A stretch of DNA of 17,449 nt from Candidatus Bathyarchaeia archaeon (GTDB lineage Archaea; Thermoproteota; Bathyarchaeia; Bathyarchaeales; Bathycorpusculaceae). The position numbers were made by a program, and so were the translations under genes. Positions 1 to 8,906 of this stretch are shown here, one piece after another; positions within the stretch are counted from its first letter, which is position 1, and each line of letters begins with the position of its first letter. Location of the stretch: NCBI GenBank assembly GCA_050012755.1, contig JBEKGO010000040.1, positions 1 through 17,449 of the forward strand. Reading direction: 5' to 3'. The notes below the pieces were generated by a model. That model searched no databases, was not told the origin of the DNA, and saw only the letters and a program-made list of their open reading frames with translations.

Positions 1-149
1 TGTTCAAAAATGGCAACACAAATGTTGTTACTTTTCTTTTAATCGTGATAAAAATCGCCAATTAACTTTTGTATATACAAATGTACTGACAAAATGTATA
101 TATTTTGACCTATAGGTAGTCGATGAAAATTTTTTTTATTTCTCTGCCG

Positions 150-400
150 TCTTCACAACACACAATCTATAAGTTCTGATAAAGAAGCAACCCAAAATGC
201 AGGAAAAAATACATAAAACCCGTCAATAACTGGTTCGGGACACAAATAGACCCAACCTGTCTTTTCCTTTTTCTTCCGTTTTATTCCGTTTTCTTACATT
301 TTTTTCCAGATTCTTACATTTAAAGACGCAACCTGCAAACAAATCAAACCCTAAACCAAAAAAGCAGCCTAAAACACAAAAAAAGAGACTTGCACAAAAT
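150..400 (+). repeat. Dispersed copy of the composite repeat found at 13716-13971 (opposite orientation)
   Basis: ccgtcaataactggttcgggacacaaatagacccaacctgtcttttcctttttctt (220-275) matches the reverse complement of ~13841-13895. It is followed by five 10-mers (272-321) and the conserved element acgcaacctgcaaacaaatcaaaccctaaaccaaaaaagc... (326-400). A more degenerate element lies at ~150-219, so the left boundary is approximate. Confidence 0.88.
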
Positions 401-521
401 AAATCAACTACCTACTTTATAACTCTACTCAAAATGCTTTCAAAAAAACTTGTTAAAACATTTTTCATAATGGGTAAAGATTTAAGTGGGACAATTATGC
501 TTTATGTGCAAGGTAATTTAA

Positions 522-683
522 ATGCCAACTCACGGTAGTTTATCTAAAGCTGGAAAAGTAAGGTCTCAAACGCCAAAAATCGAGGCACATCCAAGAACAT
601 CGCCAAGCCCAAAAAACAGAACCAGACGCAACTATGAAAAACGCGTGATTCTGCAGAGGAAAGCCGGGCAAAACTGGATGTAA
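522..683 (+). CDS. rps30e: 30S ribosomal protein S30e (eS30), 53 aa
   Basis: Translated by hand (below the ORF-track cutoff): MPTHGSLSKAGKVRSQTPKIEAHPRTSPSPKNRTRRNYEKRVILQRKAGQNWM*. HGSLxKAGKVRSQTPK is the eS30 signature. Confidence 0.97.
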   Translation: MPTHGSLSKAGKVRSQTPKIEAHPRTSPSPKNRTRRNYEKRVILQRKAGQNWM

Positions 684-766
684 ACGCGCAGGCAAAACTT
701 GTTTTTTCAAGCCCGAATTCTCTTCAAAGTTAGTTTAGTTTATTTATTACTTAACTAGACCTTATT

Positions 767-2377
767 TTGGTATCTTCAACTTTGACGGATGAAAAAGCTC
801 TAAGAGAAATCATTACGACTCTTATGGAAATGCCTAATCCTACACGTGAAGATGCTAATCGGCTAAAAATAAAAACCACAGGCAAATACCAGCTGGATGA
901 TATCCCGTCAAACGCCGATTTGATATGCCTTTTAACGCCAAAAGAAACTAAACGGCTTTTGCCTATTCTGAGAAGAAAGACAACCCGCACCATTTCGGGT
1001 GTAACAGTTATCGCCACTATGACCAAACCTTATCCGTGCCCTCAACCTGAACCGTGCGCTTATTGTCCAGGAGGACCAACACAGGGGAGCCCGCAGAGTT
1101 ATACAGGTCATGAACCAGCAGCTATGCGTGGAAGCCAAAATAACTTTGACCCTTATCTGCAGGTCGAGAGCCGCATTGAGCAACTAACTGCTATCGGGCA
1201 CAAAGTAGACAAAGTAGAGCTGATCATTATGGGCGGCACTTTTCCCGCAACACCTATCGAATATCAAAGATGGTTTATCCAGCGCTGCCTAGACGCGATA
1301 ACGGGCAAGAATTCACAGAGCTTAGAAGAAGCTAAAACCAACGCTGAAGTGAGTAAAATTCGCAATGTCGGCATCACTGTTGAAACGCGACCTGACTGGG
1401 CAAAACAGCCACACATTGATTCAATGCTTGATATGGGAGTTACTCGTATTGAACTTGGAGTTCAAAACCCGGACGATGAAATTTACCGTTTAGTCGGCAG
1501 AACCCACACTGTAGCGGATGTGCACGAAGCGACTCGTATCGCCAAGGATTCAGGATTAAAAATTGTTTACCATTTAATGCCTGGAATGCCCGGTTCAAAC
1601 CCAAAAAATGACATCGCGGCATTTAAGCGGGTTTTCACGGATTCAGCGTTCAAACCCGACATGATAAAAATTTACCCTTGCCTATGCATAGCAGGCACAA
1701 AAGCAAACGAATGGTACCAAAAAGGCACCTACACGCCATACACGACAGAGCAAGCCTCCGAAGTCATAGCAGAAATAAAAAAGATTATCCCGCCATGGGT
1801 AAGAGTGATGCGCGTTCAACGGGACATTCCATCACATCTCATTTTGGCTGGAGTCAAAAAGAGCAACCTACGCCAACTTGCCAACGACCATCTCCATGCA
1901 GAAGGAGGCAAATGCCAATGTATCCGCTGCAGAGAAGTCGGGCATCGAATGCAAATAGATCATGTGAAGCCTGATTTAGAAAAAGTCAAAGTTCAGTCAA
2001 TCTGTTACGATGCTTCGGAAGGCAAAGAAATCTTCATTTCCGCTGAAGACCCCATCAACCAAGTGTTGCTTGGATATTTGCGTTTGCGTGTTCCTTCAGT
2101 AAAAGCGCGCAGACCAGAAATCACCAGCGTGCCATCTGCAATTGTAAGAGAACTTCATGTTTATGGTCCACTTGTTCCTGTTGGGAAGCATTCGGCAGCC
2201 GCTTGGCAGCATAAGGGTTTTGGCGCAGACTTGCTAAAGGAAGCCGAGCGCGTGGCTCGGGATGATTTTGGTTTGAAAAAGCTTTTAGTTATAAGTGCAT
2301 TAGGAACAAGAAGGTATTACATGCGTTTCGGGTATGAGCGCGATGGAGTTTACGTTTCCAAAAAACTGGAGAATTAG
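767..2377 (+). CDS. elp3: Elp3 tRNA uridine(34) acetyltransferase (radical SAM + GNAT)
   Basis: RTISGVTVIATMTKPYPC, CxxxxxCAYCPGGP, PQSYTGHEPAAMR, KVELIIMGGTF, GITVETRPD, RVQRDIP, CxCIRCREVG, VRELHVYG, WQHKGFG, VISALGTRRYY. The TTG start is uncertain by a few codons. Confidence 0.96.
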   Translation: MVSSTLTDEKALREIITTLMEMPNPTREDANRLKIKTTGKYQLDDIPSNADLICLLTPKETKRLLPILRRKTTRTISGVTVIATMTKPYPCPQPEPCAYCPGGPTQGSPQSYTGHEPAAMRGSQNNFDPYLQVESRIEQLTAIGHKVDKVELIIMGGTFPATPIEYQRWFIQRCLDAITGKNSQSLEEAKTNAEVSKIRNVGITVETRPDWAKQPHIDSMLDMGVTRIELGVQNPDDEIYRLVGRTHTVADVHEATRIAKDSGLKIVYHLMPGMPGSNPKNDIAAFKRVFTDSAFKPDMIKIYPCLCIAGTKANEWYQKGTYTPYTTEQASEVIAEIKKIIPPWVRVMRVQRDIPSHLILAGVKKSNLRQLANDHLHAEGGKCQCIRCREVGHRMQIDHVKPDLEKVKVQSICYDASEGKEIFISAEDPINQVLLGYLRLRVPSVKARRPEITSVPSAIVRELHVYGPLVPVGKHSAAAWQHKGFGADLLKEAERVARDDFGLKKLLVISALGTRRYYMRFGYERDGVYVSKKLEN

Positions 2378-2379
2378 TC

Positions 2380-3738
2380 ATGAGTCAACTTGAAAATTCA
2401 AATTACAAGGGCGCAGCCATTGAAGCCCTAAAAAAAGCCGATTGTGATGTAGGCGACATAATACGAGTCACTAGTAAAGACAAAACCTACGAAGGCATCC
2501 TTATTCCCCGCTCAGAACTAGGCGATGGCATAGTTGTTATAGTTAAAATGAAAAGCGGCTACAACATCGGCATCCGCGTAACTGCAGAAGTAAAAATTGA
2601 AAAAATTGGAAAAGGTGCAAAACCCGCTTTTGCATCGCCGTCCTTGCCAAAACAGAATCCAGCCTTGCCTCATGTCGTCATAATGAGCACGGGAGGAACA
2701 ATCGCCAGCCGAGTTGACTACCGCACCGGAGCCGTCCGCTCAGCAATCTCAGCAAGCGACCTTTATGGTGTGGTCCCTGAACTCTCAGACATTGCCAAAG
2801 TTGATACTGAAATCGTTTTTAGCTTATACAGTGAAAATATTACTCAGAAACATTGGAAAGAACTTGCAGAAACAGTCGCAAAACGAATTGAGACTGGCGT
2901 TGACGGCGTTGTGATTGCACATGGCACTGACACGATGGCCTATACTTCAGCCGCTCTAAGCTTTGCATTACAAAACCTGCCTGTTCCAGTCATAGTTGTC
3001 GGCGCGCAACGTTCCAGTGATCGCCCAAGCAGTGATGCAGCAACAAACCTCATTGGCGCAGTTAAAGCGGCGGGAGAAGGACCATTCGCCGAAGTAGGCT
3101 TAGCCATGCACGAAACCACCTCTGACATAGCCACAGTTATTCATAGAGGAAACAAAGTTCGAAAATGCCACACAAGCAGAAGAGACACCTTCAAATCCAT
3201 CAACGGATTCCCATTTGCTAAAGTAAAAGACCATCAAGTAACAATGCTAACCAATCAATATCAGAAGCGTGATCCATTAAAAAAGGTGGTTCTTAAACCT
3301 GATTTTAGCGAAAAAGTTGCGTTAATCAAATTTTATCCGGGGCTTGATCCAACCATAATTGATTGGTATGTCAACCAAGGAGTTAGAGGTATTCTGCTTG
3401 AGGGCTCGGGTTTGGGGCATGTGAGCAAATTCTGCTTTGACAGCATCAAAAACGCTGTGTCAAAAGATGTTGTGGTTGCCCTAGCATCCCAGTGTATTTG
3501 GGGGAGAGTGAACATGAACGTGTACGATACGGGCAGAGACTTATTGTCCTTTGGTGTAATCCCGACAGAGGACATGTTCCCGGAAACAGCCCTTGTCAAA
3601 CTCATGTGGGTTCTCGGACAAACCAACAACGCTCAAGAAGCAGTCAAACTCTTCAAGACTAACATTGCCGGCGAATTCTCGCCCAGAACGCTTCCGCAAG
3701 AACGCGTATTTGAAGGAGGAGAAGAACGTGGCAATTGA
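2380..3738 (+). CDS. gatD: Glutamyl-tRNA(Gln) amidotransferase subunit D
   Basis: N-terminal KMKSGYNIGI domain, asparaginase-like motifs STGGTIASRVDYRTGAV, HGTDTM, GAQRSSDRPSSD and RKCHTSRRDTF. Adjacent to gatE. Confidence 0.97.
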   Translation: MSQLENSNYKGAAIEALKKADCDVGDIIRVTSKDKTYEGILIPRSELGDGIVVIVKMKSGYNIGIRVTAEVKIEKIGKGAKPAFASPSLPKQNPALPHVVIMSTGGTIASRVDYRTGAVRSAISASDLYGVVPELSDIAKVDTEIVFSLYSENITQKHWKELAETVAKRIETGVDGVVIAHGTDTMAYTSAALSFALQNLPVPVIVVGAQRSSDRPSSDAATNLIGAVKAAGEGPFAEVGLAMHETTSDIATVIHRGNKVRKCHTSRRDTFKSINGFPFAKVKDHQVTMLTNQYQKRDPLKKVVLKPDFSEKVALIKFYPGLDPTIIDWYVNQGVRGILLEGSGLGHVSKFCFDSIKNAVSKDVVVALASQCIWGRVNMNVYDTGRDLLSFGVIPTEDMFPETALVKLMWVLGQTNNAQEAVKLFKTNIAGEFSPRTLPQERVFEGGEERGN

Positions 3739-5623
3739 CTACGCAAAAGTAGGATTAAAAGTCGGCTTGGAAATCCACCAGCAACTAAACGTTAACTCAA
3801 AGCTTTTTTGCAGTTGCCCACCGGAGCTCTTCAAAGAAGAACCAGAAATCACTTTTCTGCGGCGACTCAGACCAACACAAAGTGAGCTAGGGCAAATTGA
3901 CCCAGCCGCCTATTTTGAATTCCAAAAAGGAGTAAAGATCCTCTACGAAGCAAACAAGGAAAGCTCATGCCTAGTAGAGATGGATGAAGAGCCGCCACAT
4001 CCCATAAACTTGGATGCAGTAGAAGTTGTTTTGACAGCTGCCTTAATGATGAACATGCAGTCTGTTGATGAAGTTCATGTAATGCGCAAAACTGTCATTG
4101 ACGGCTCAAACACCACTGGTTTCCAGCGCACATGCATCATTGCATTAGACGGCTGGATTAAAGTTGGAGAAAAAACCATTCCGATGCAAGCTGCAAGCTT
4201 AGAAGAAGATGCAGCGCGCAAGACGGGAACTCAGGATGAGGGCAAAATCATTCGCTACCGCATCGACCGTCTGGGAATTCCGCTAATTGAAGTTGCTACT
4301 GCACCAGTTATTTATTCTCCCATGGAAGCACAAGAAGTCGCGTTTGCCATCGGTAGAATTCTTCGCGATACTGGAAAAGTTATGCGTGGATTAGGCACAA
4401 TTAGACAGGATTTGAATGTTTCTTTGCCAAACGGTGCCTTAATTGAGATTAAGGGTGTTCAGGAGCTGGAGTTAATTTCGAAGGTTGTAGAATATGAGGT
4501 TCAACGGCAACTTGGGCTGATCAGCGTTAAAGAGGAACTTACAAAGCGAGGAGTCAAAACAGAGACACTCAAACAGGATTTCATTGATGTTTCAAGCATC
4601 TTCAAAGAAACAAAATGCAAAGTCATCCGCAAAGCCGTAGATAAAAAACAGAAAGTGTTAGCTGTTAAACTGCAAAAATTCGGCGGATTGCTAGGGCGTG
4701 AGTTGATGCCTGATTTCCGATTTGGAACTGAACTTTCAGACAGGGCAAAGTTCTGGGGTAGAGTCGGTGGAATTTTCCACACAGACGAAATGCCAAATTA
4801 CGGTATAACATCTGAAGAAGTCGCGGCTTTACGAAAAGCAGTTAACGCAGAAAAAGACGACGCAGTAGTCTTTGTTGCTGACACAGCAGAAAACGTTTTC
4901 GACGCCCTAAAAGCCGTTGTAGAACGTGCACAAGAAGCCATAACAGGCATTCCAGCGGAAACTCGTACAGCAAAAGATGATGGCACAACAAGATACATGC
5001 GTCCAAGACCTGGAGCAGCCAGAATGTACCCTGAAACTGACATTCCTCCAACGCCAATAACTGATGAATTTGTGCAAAAAGTTCGCAATAATTTGCCCGA
5101 GCCAGCTGGAAAAAAGGTTGCTCGCTTGATCAAACAGTACGGGTTGAACGAGAAGTTAGCCAAGCAACTTCCAGACTCAGAATACAACCTGCTTTTTGAA
5201 GAGATCGTGAAACAGACTGGTGTTCAAGCGTCTACAGTTGCAGCGTTCTTAACTGAAACTGTAAAAGCCTTGAAACGTGAAGGTGTTCAGGTCGAAAATG
5301 TCAGTGAAGATCAAATCAGAATTATCTTCAAATCAGTCGGTTCAGGAGAATTGACAAAAGAAGCAATAGCAGATGTTTTCAGTTGGCTTTCAAAAAACGA
5401 AGGCAAAAACATTAAGGATGCCGTTGATGCTTTGGGCTTGAAAACGTACACGGAAACCGATTTAGCGCCAATTATTGACCGCATTGTTGCAGTCAACAAG
5501 CTGACAGTTGACAAGTTGGGGAAGAACGCTTATGGCATTCTTATGGGCGCTGTGATGAAGGAAGTTCGGGGTAAAGCTAATCCTGAATTAGTTGCCAAAC
5601 TTTTGCAGGAACGCCTTAAATAA
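3728..5623 (+). CDS. gatE: Glutamyl-tRNA(Gln) amidotransferase subunit E
   Basis: GLKVGLEIHQQL, RRLRPTQSELG, MRKTVIDGSNTTGFQRT, LEEDAARK, DRLGIPLIE, RPRPGAARMYPETDIP. Start reassigned from 3593 to the in-frame GTG at 3728 (MAIDYAKVGLK), which has GGAGGA at 3715-3720 upstream and overlaps gatD by 11 nt. Confidence 0.97.
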   Translation: MAIDYAKVGLKVGLEIHQQLNVNSKLFCSCPPELFKEEPEITFLRRLRPTQSELGQIDPAAYFEFQKGVKILYEANKESSCLVEMDEEPPHPINLDAVEVVLTAALMMNMQSVDEVHVMRKTVIDGSNTTGFQRTCIIALDGWIKVGEKTIPMQAASLEEDAARKTGTQDEGKIIRYRIDRLGIPLIEVATAPVIYSPMEAQEVAFAIGRILRDTGKVMRGLGTIRQDLNVSLPNGALIEIKGVQELELISKVVEYEVQRQLGLISVKEELTKRGVKTETLKQDFIDVSSIFKETKCKVIRKAVDKKQKVLAVKLQKFGGLLGRELMPDFRFGTELSDRAKFWGRVGGIFHTDEMPNYGITSEEVAALRKAVNAEKDDAVVFVADTAENVFDALKAVVERAQEAITGIPAETRTAKDDGTTRYMRPRPGAARMYPETDIPPTPITDEFVQKVRNNLPEPAGKKVARLIKQYGLNEKLAKQLPDSEYNLLFEEIVKQTGVQASTVAAFLTETVKALKREGVQVENVSEDQIRIIFKSVGSGELTKEAIADVFSWLSKNEGKNIKDAVDALGLKTYTETDLAPIIDRIVAVNKLTVDKLGKNAYGILMGAVMKEVRGKANPELVAKLLQERLK

Positions 5624-5884
5624 GGCTATTTTCCTCCAAAACTATCGTTGAGCAAAAGGAGTTTAAGGGAGCCGCAAATGATAAGCGGGATTAAATAATT
5701 TTGATTAAAAATACTCAATATAAGAAGACCCCCCGGATCATGAAAGCATGTTCACCCATGATACCCCCTATAAATAGGGGTCGAAGCAAAAAACCAGACA
5801 ACTGTCACATCAACTTTCCTATTTGTTTTAGCCGCAAATCCTAAAAAGGCTTAACATAGCTAATAGATAAAAGAGGGTTACTTA

Positions 5885-6355
5885 TTGAAGCGGATTGAAG
5901 CACATATAAAGACTCCTTTCGGAGAAGTCGTCATCGAAGGCGAAAGCCCCCAAGAAATTCTTGACATGCTGGGGATGATTCCTGAAAATTTTGTTGAGAA
6001 ACTATCTGATTTTGTCTCAGATAAGCTAAGGCCATCGGGAGCTCAGTTGAAGGGCATTGTTGAATCCACAACCGAAGGTCCTGTGATTGTTACGCGGGAA
6101 AATCTAACCCATTACGAAGCCGTAGGTTTGGTTCTTTACGCTTCTGGGGAACGAAAGAATACTGCTTCACAAATTCAGAAGTTGCTTGAAAATAGTGGCA
6201 TAAAGAGCATGGTTCCTGCTCGACTAAATGAGATGACTAAACGGGGACAAGTGTTCAAACCTGATCCAAGTAAGCCGGAGTTTAAGCTTACAATTCAAGG
6301 CGAGAAATGGGTTGAAGATGAAGTTCTTACCAAACTTCGAGGAAAAATGAATTGA
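5885..6355 (+). CDS. Hypothetical protein with probable C-terminal winged helix-turn-helix
   Basis: 156 aa ORF with TTG start and GAGGG upstream. The C-terminal pattern LTHYEAVGLVLYA...TASQIQKLL...ARLNEMTKRGQV...FKLTIQG resembles a wHTH fold (inference). Confidence 0.75.
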   Translation: MKRIEAHIKTPFGEVVIEGESPQEILDMLGMIPENFVEKLSDFVSDKLRPSGAQLKGIVESTTEGPVIVTRENLTHYEAVGLVLYASGERKNTASQIQKLLENSGIKSMVPARLNEMTKRGQVFKPDPSKPEFKLTIQGEKWVEDEVLTKLRGKMN

Positions 6356-6864
6356 GTAGAAAAACAGAAGAAATCCAAGTGCATCTCAAATACAAAGAGC
6401 TTGAACAACAGTTTTCCGCTGAACCTCAAGAAGCTTGGCTTCTGATACAACAGTTTTTCAAAGATTTTATTCCTTCATTTGAAATTGCCCAGAAACTTTG
6501 GCTCAGCATAGACACTCAGCAACTTGCTAAAGACTTAGAGGGCATAGCGGTTTTTTCCAGTGACGGTGCAAATTTGCTGGTACCTAAAAACAAGTTAACT
6601 GATAATGAGGCTTTGTCGCTTTGGCTAACCGCTTATTATCTCGGGAATAAACTTGGCATGGTCAACAGTGACGTTTTGTCTAAGGATGAGTTGCAATTGA
6701 AGCTTGGGAAAAGCGGCAAAATAACGAGCACACGTTTAGGCGAGCTAGTCAAGAATGGCTTAGTGCAGAAGAACTCTGATGAAAAGTTTCGCATGACAAC
6801 CATGGGTGTTGCTCAAACACAGAAAGAAATCGTCCCCAAAATCAAATCAAAAATGAAACCCTAA
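6352..6864 (+). CDS. Hypothetical protein with probable C-terminal winged helix-turn-helix, paralog-like to upstream gene
   Basis: 170 aa ORF overlapping the upstream stop (TTGA). LTDNEALSLWLTA...LSKDELQLKLG...TRLGELVKNGLV...FRMTTMG. Confidence 0.75.
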   Translation: MSRKTEEIQVHLKYKELEQQFSAEPQEAWLLIQQFFKDFIPSFEIAQKLWLSIDTQQLAKDLEGIAVFSSDGANLLVPKNKLTDNEALSLWLTAYYLGNKLGMVNSDVLSKDELQLKLGKSGKITSTRLGELVKNGLVQKNSDEKFRMTTMGVAQTQKEIVPKIKSKMKP

Positions 6865-6932
6865 ACCAAGGCAACAAGGCATAAAGAAAAGCATATTACT
6901 TGGTAGCTACACAGTTTTTTTGAGGATAACTC

Positions 6933-7184
6933 ATGAATTTTACAATGTTAATGGCAGTAATCTATTCCATTCTCAACAGCTTGGGACTTGGTTCGCTGAA
7001 TATACCTCTACTTATCGTACTCGTTATAGTCGGTCTGATAATAATTGTTCTGATAAAGCTGTTTTTGGTTCTGATTCCCGCAATCATCGTTGCTGCAATA
7101 GTTTATTTCCTCACAGGAGACCTATTCTGGACCGGCATAGCCTTTCTCGCAGTCGCGCTTGTATCGATATTAGCCAAAATCTAA
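6933..7184 (+). CDS. Small hydrophobic membrane protein
   Basis: 83 aa, almost entirely hydrophobic (about 3 TM segments), GAGG upstream of the ATG. Confidence 0.75.
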   Translation: MNFTMLMAVIYSILNSLGLGSLNIPLLIVLVIVGLIIIVLIKLFLVLIPAIIVAAIVYFLTGDLFWTGIAFLAVALVSILAKI

Positions 7185-7511
7185 GCATCCAGCACTGAAT
7201 TCAACTGTAAAACCTATTTTTTCTTTGCTTATTGCAAATGGTAAAGGCAAACAATTCTATTTTTAATATTCTCAACTCTTGCAACGTTTTTGCTTATTAG
7301 TCCTGTCTTGAAGAAAACACTTTGGGTATTAGCTATTTTTTACAGAATTCTAAAATCACAAATTCTTTTGTTTTCCAATTGAATAAAACCTCCATGCGCT
7401 AAACCAAGGGGTGTCTTGATTTACTTTTGAAGGTAAGTCTTTCATAATGCTTTTATATTTGGTGAGGCGTTCATGGATAATACAGCAATAACTAGGATAC
7501 GGTAATAAGAT

Positions 7512-7757
7512 ATGATGATGGAACCCAGTAAAAAACCGTTGAACGTTCTTATAAAACAGTTGAATGGAAATATTGAAGTTGTCTTAAAAAACGGTTACGA
7601 ATACAAAGGCAAAATGATAAAGTGTGATGGCCACATGAATATTCTTCTTGAAGGGGCCAATGAATTAAAAGACGACCAATTAATGACAAATTACGGCAAC
7701 GTGCTGCTTCGCGGAAACAACGTTCTCTACATAGTACTTAATGCCAATATGCATTAG
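7512..7757 (+). CDS. Sm-like archaeal protein (Lsm/SmAP)
   Basis: Sm1 motif PLNVL...IEVVLKNGYEYKGKMIKCDGHMNILLEGA and Sm2 motif YGNVLLRGNNVLYI. Three consecutive ATGs make the exact start ambiguous. Confidence 0.93.
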   Translation: MMMEPSKKPLNVLIKQLNGNIEVVLKNGYEYKGKMIKCDGHMNILLEGANELKDDQLMTNYGNVLLRGNNVLYIVLNANMH

Positions 7758-8653
7758 AAAGTTAAGCTTCTAACTTTTCCAGTCACGTAATCGCAGGCTT
7801 CCTTAACTACTACTTTCAAATTAAACCTGCGGCTGAAAAAAGTCGTTATGTTCTTTATGTCTCGCTCAAGCAGCTCCTCCGCGTTTGCATGGTCAGCCAT
7901 TACATATTGTGGCCAGTCAATGATGAGGATGTGCCCGTCAGGTCTCAAAATAACGTTATATTCGCTAAGATCTGCGTGTATAACATGCGCCTTCAAGTAA
8001 GCCTTCCTTACGTTGCGCAATATTTCTTTCAGAATTTTTTCAGGTTTACCTATTTCATTGTACTTTGACAGCTCTGCGCCTTCAATCATGCCCATAGCTA
8101 TTACGTGCCTGTTGTGGCTAATCGGTTCGGGAACTGACACACCATTTTCATAAACAAGCTGCATTGCTTGAAATTCTCTTTCTGCAGCTATGTGTGATTG
8201 AAAAAGCCAGGTGGAGTGTTCTCTGGCGTATCCTCTTTTTCTTCTCGTTTGCCTAAAGCTTATTCTGCCAAGTCTATGAAATTTTACAGCTATGCGTTTG
8301 CCCTCGGTGTTTAGTGCGTCGTAAACGTCTGCTTCTTTGCCTACTCCTAAAATTTGTCCAAAAGAATCGATAATTCCAGCTTTAACAAGAGTATTTATAG
8401 CTAGGCAATCGTAGCCTGCATAGTTTAGGGTGTACCCAACATACGCGCCTTTTGTTCGGTAAATCAAGCCCAGCTTGTGTAGTTTGCTCAGAGTAAATTG
8501 AATGCGGTCCATGGGCAGTTTAGCATATTTTTGTATCTGTTCTGTCGGTACGAATTCACGTTTGCTCATTGCAGACTCGATAATATTGAGTATCCTGAAA
8601 TCTTCGCTTTCTATTTCTCGAAATACTTTAACTGCTACTTCAGCGCTTGACAC
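7754..8653 (-). CDS. rio2: RIO2-type serine/threonine kinase/ATPase
   Basis: N-terminal wHTH (EDFRILNIIE...GYTLNYAGYDCLA), GVGKEADVY, VKFHRLGRISF, IHADLSEYNV, IIDWPQ. GTG start. Confidence 0.95.
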   Translation of the reverse strand: MSSAEVAVKVFREIESEDFRILNIIESAMSKREFVPTEQIQKYAKLPMDRIQFTLSKLHKLGLIYRTKGAYVGYTLNYAGYDCLAINTLVKAGIIDSFGQILGVGKEADVYDALNTEGKRIAVKFHRLGRISFRQTRRKRGYAREHSTWLFQSHIAAEREFQAMQLVYENGVSVPEPISHNRHVIAMGMIEGAELSKYNEIGKPEKILKEILRNVRKAYLKAHVIHADLSEYNVILRPDGHILIIDWPQYVMADHANAEELLERDIKNITTFFSRRFNLKVVVKEACDYVTGKVRSLTF

Positions 8654-8678
8654 ACAGGTATTATAGTTTTCTTTTCAC

Positions 8679-8684
8679 TATAAA
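8679..8684 (-). promoter_or_regulatory. Probable TATA box of rio2 (leaderless transcript)
   Basis: TTTATA on the - strand ends 26 nt upstream of the GTG at 8653, the usual archaeal TATA-to-start distance. No obvious Shine-Dalgarno sequence. Confidence 0.5.
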
Positions 8685-8906
8685 CGCTATGTTTTCCAGA
8701 GTTTACCGAGTTTTTTGGGTTGGACTTATATGGGAGTAATGGGTTTTTATGAAACTGTAAAGTCAAAAAAGGCCATCAATAATTGAAAAACCGAAAAGTT
8801 CGCAGGTACAACAGTCATTGACTTGCGCCATCACTAAATTTCTCAGCCCATTTGATGTAAAATCTTATTTGCCCCCATGCTATAACTTTGTTCAGGAGCA
8901 ATTTAT

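Noticed and set aside
3593-3727. N-terminal extension of GatE in the ORF track
   Set aside because: It overlaps gatD by over 140 nt. Homology begins at GTG 3728, which has a good Shine-Dalgarno sequence.
751-5514. Short alternative-frame and antisense ORFs inside elp3, gatD and gatE
   Set aside because: They are shadows of well-supported genes and have no recognisable motifs.
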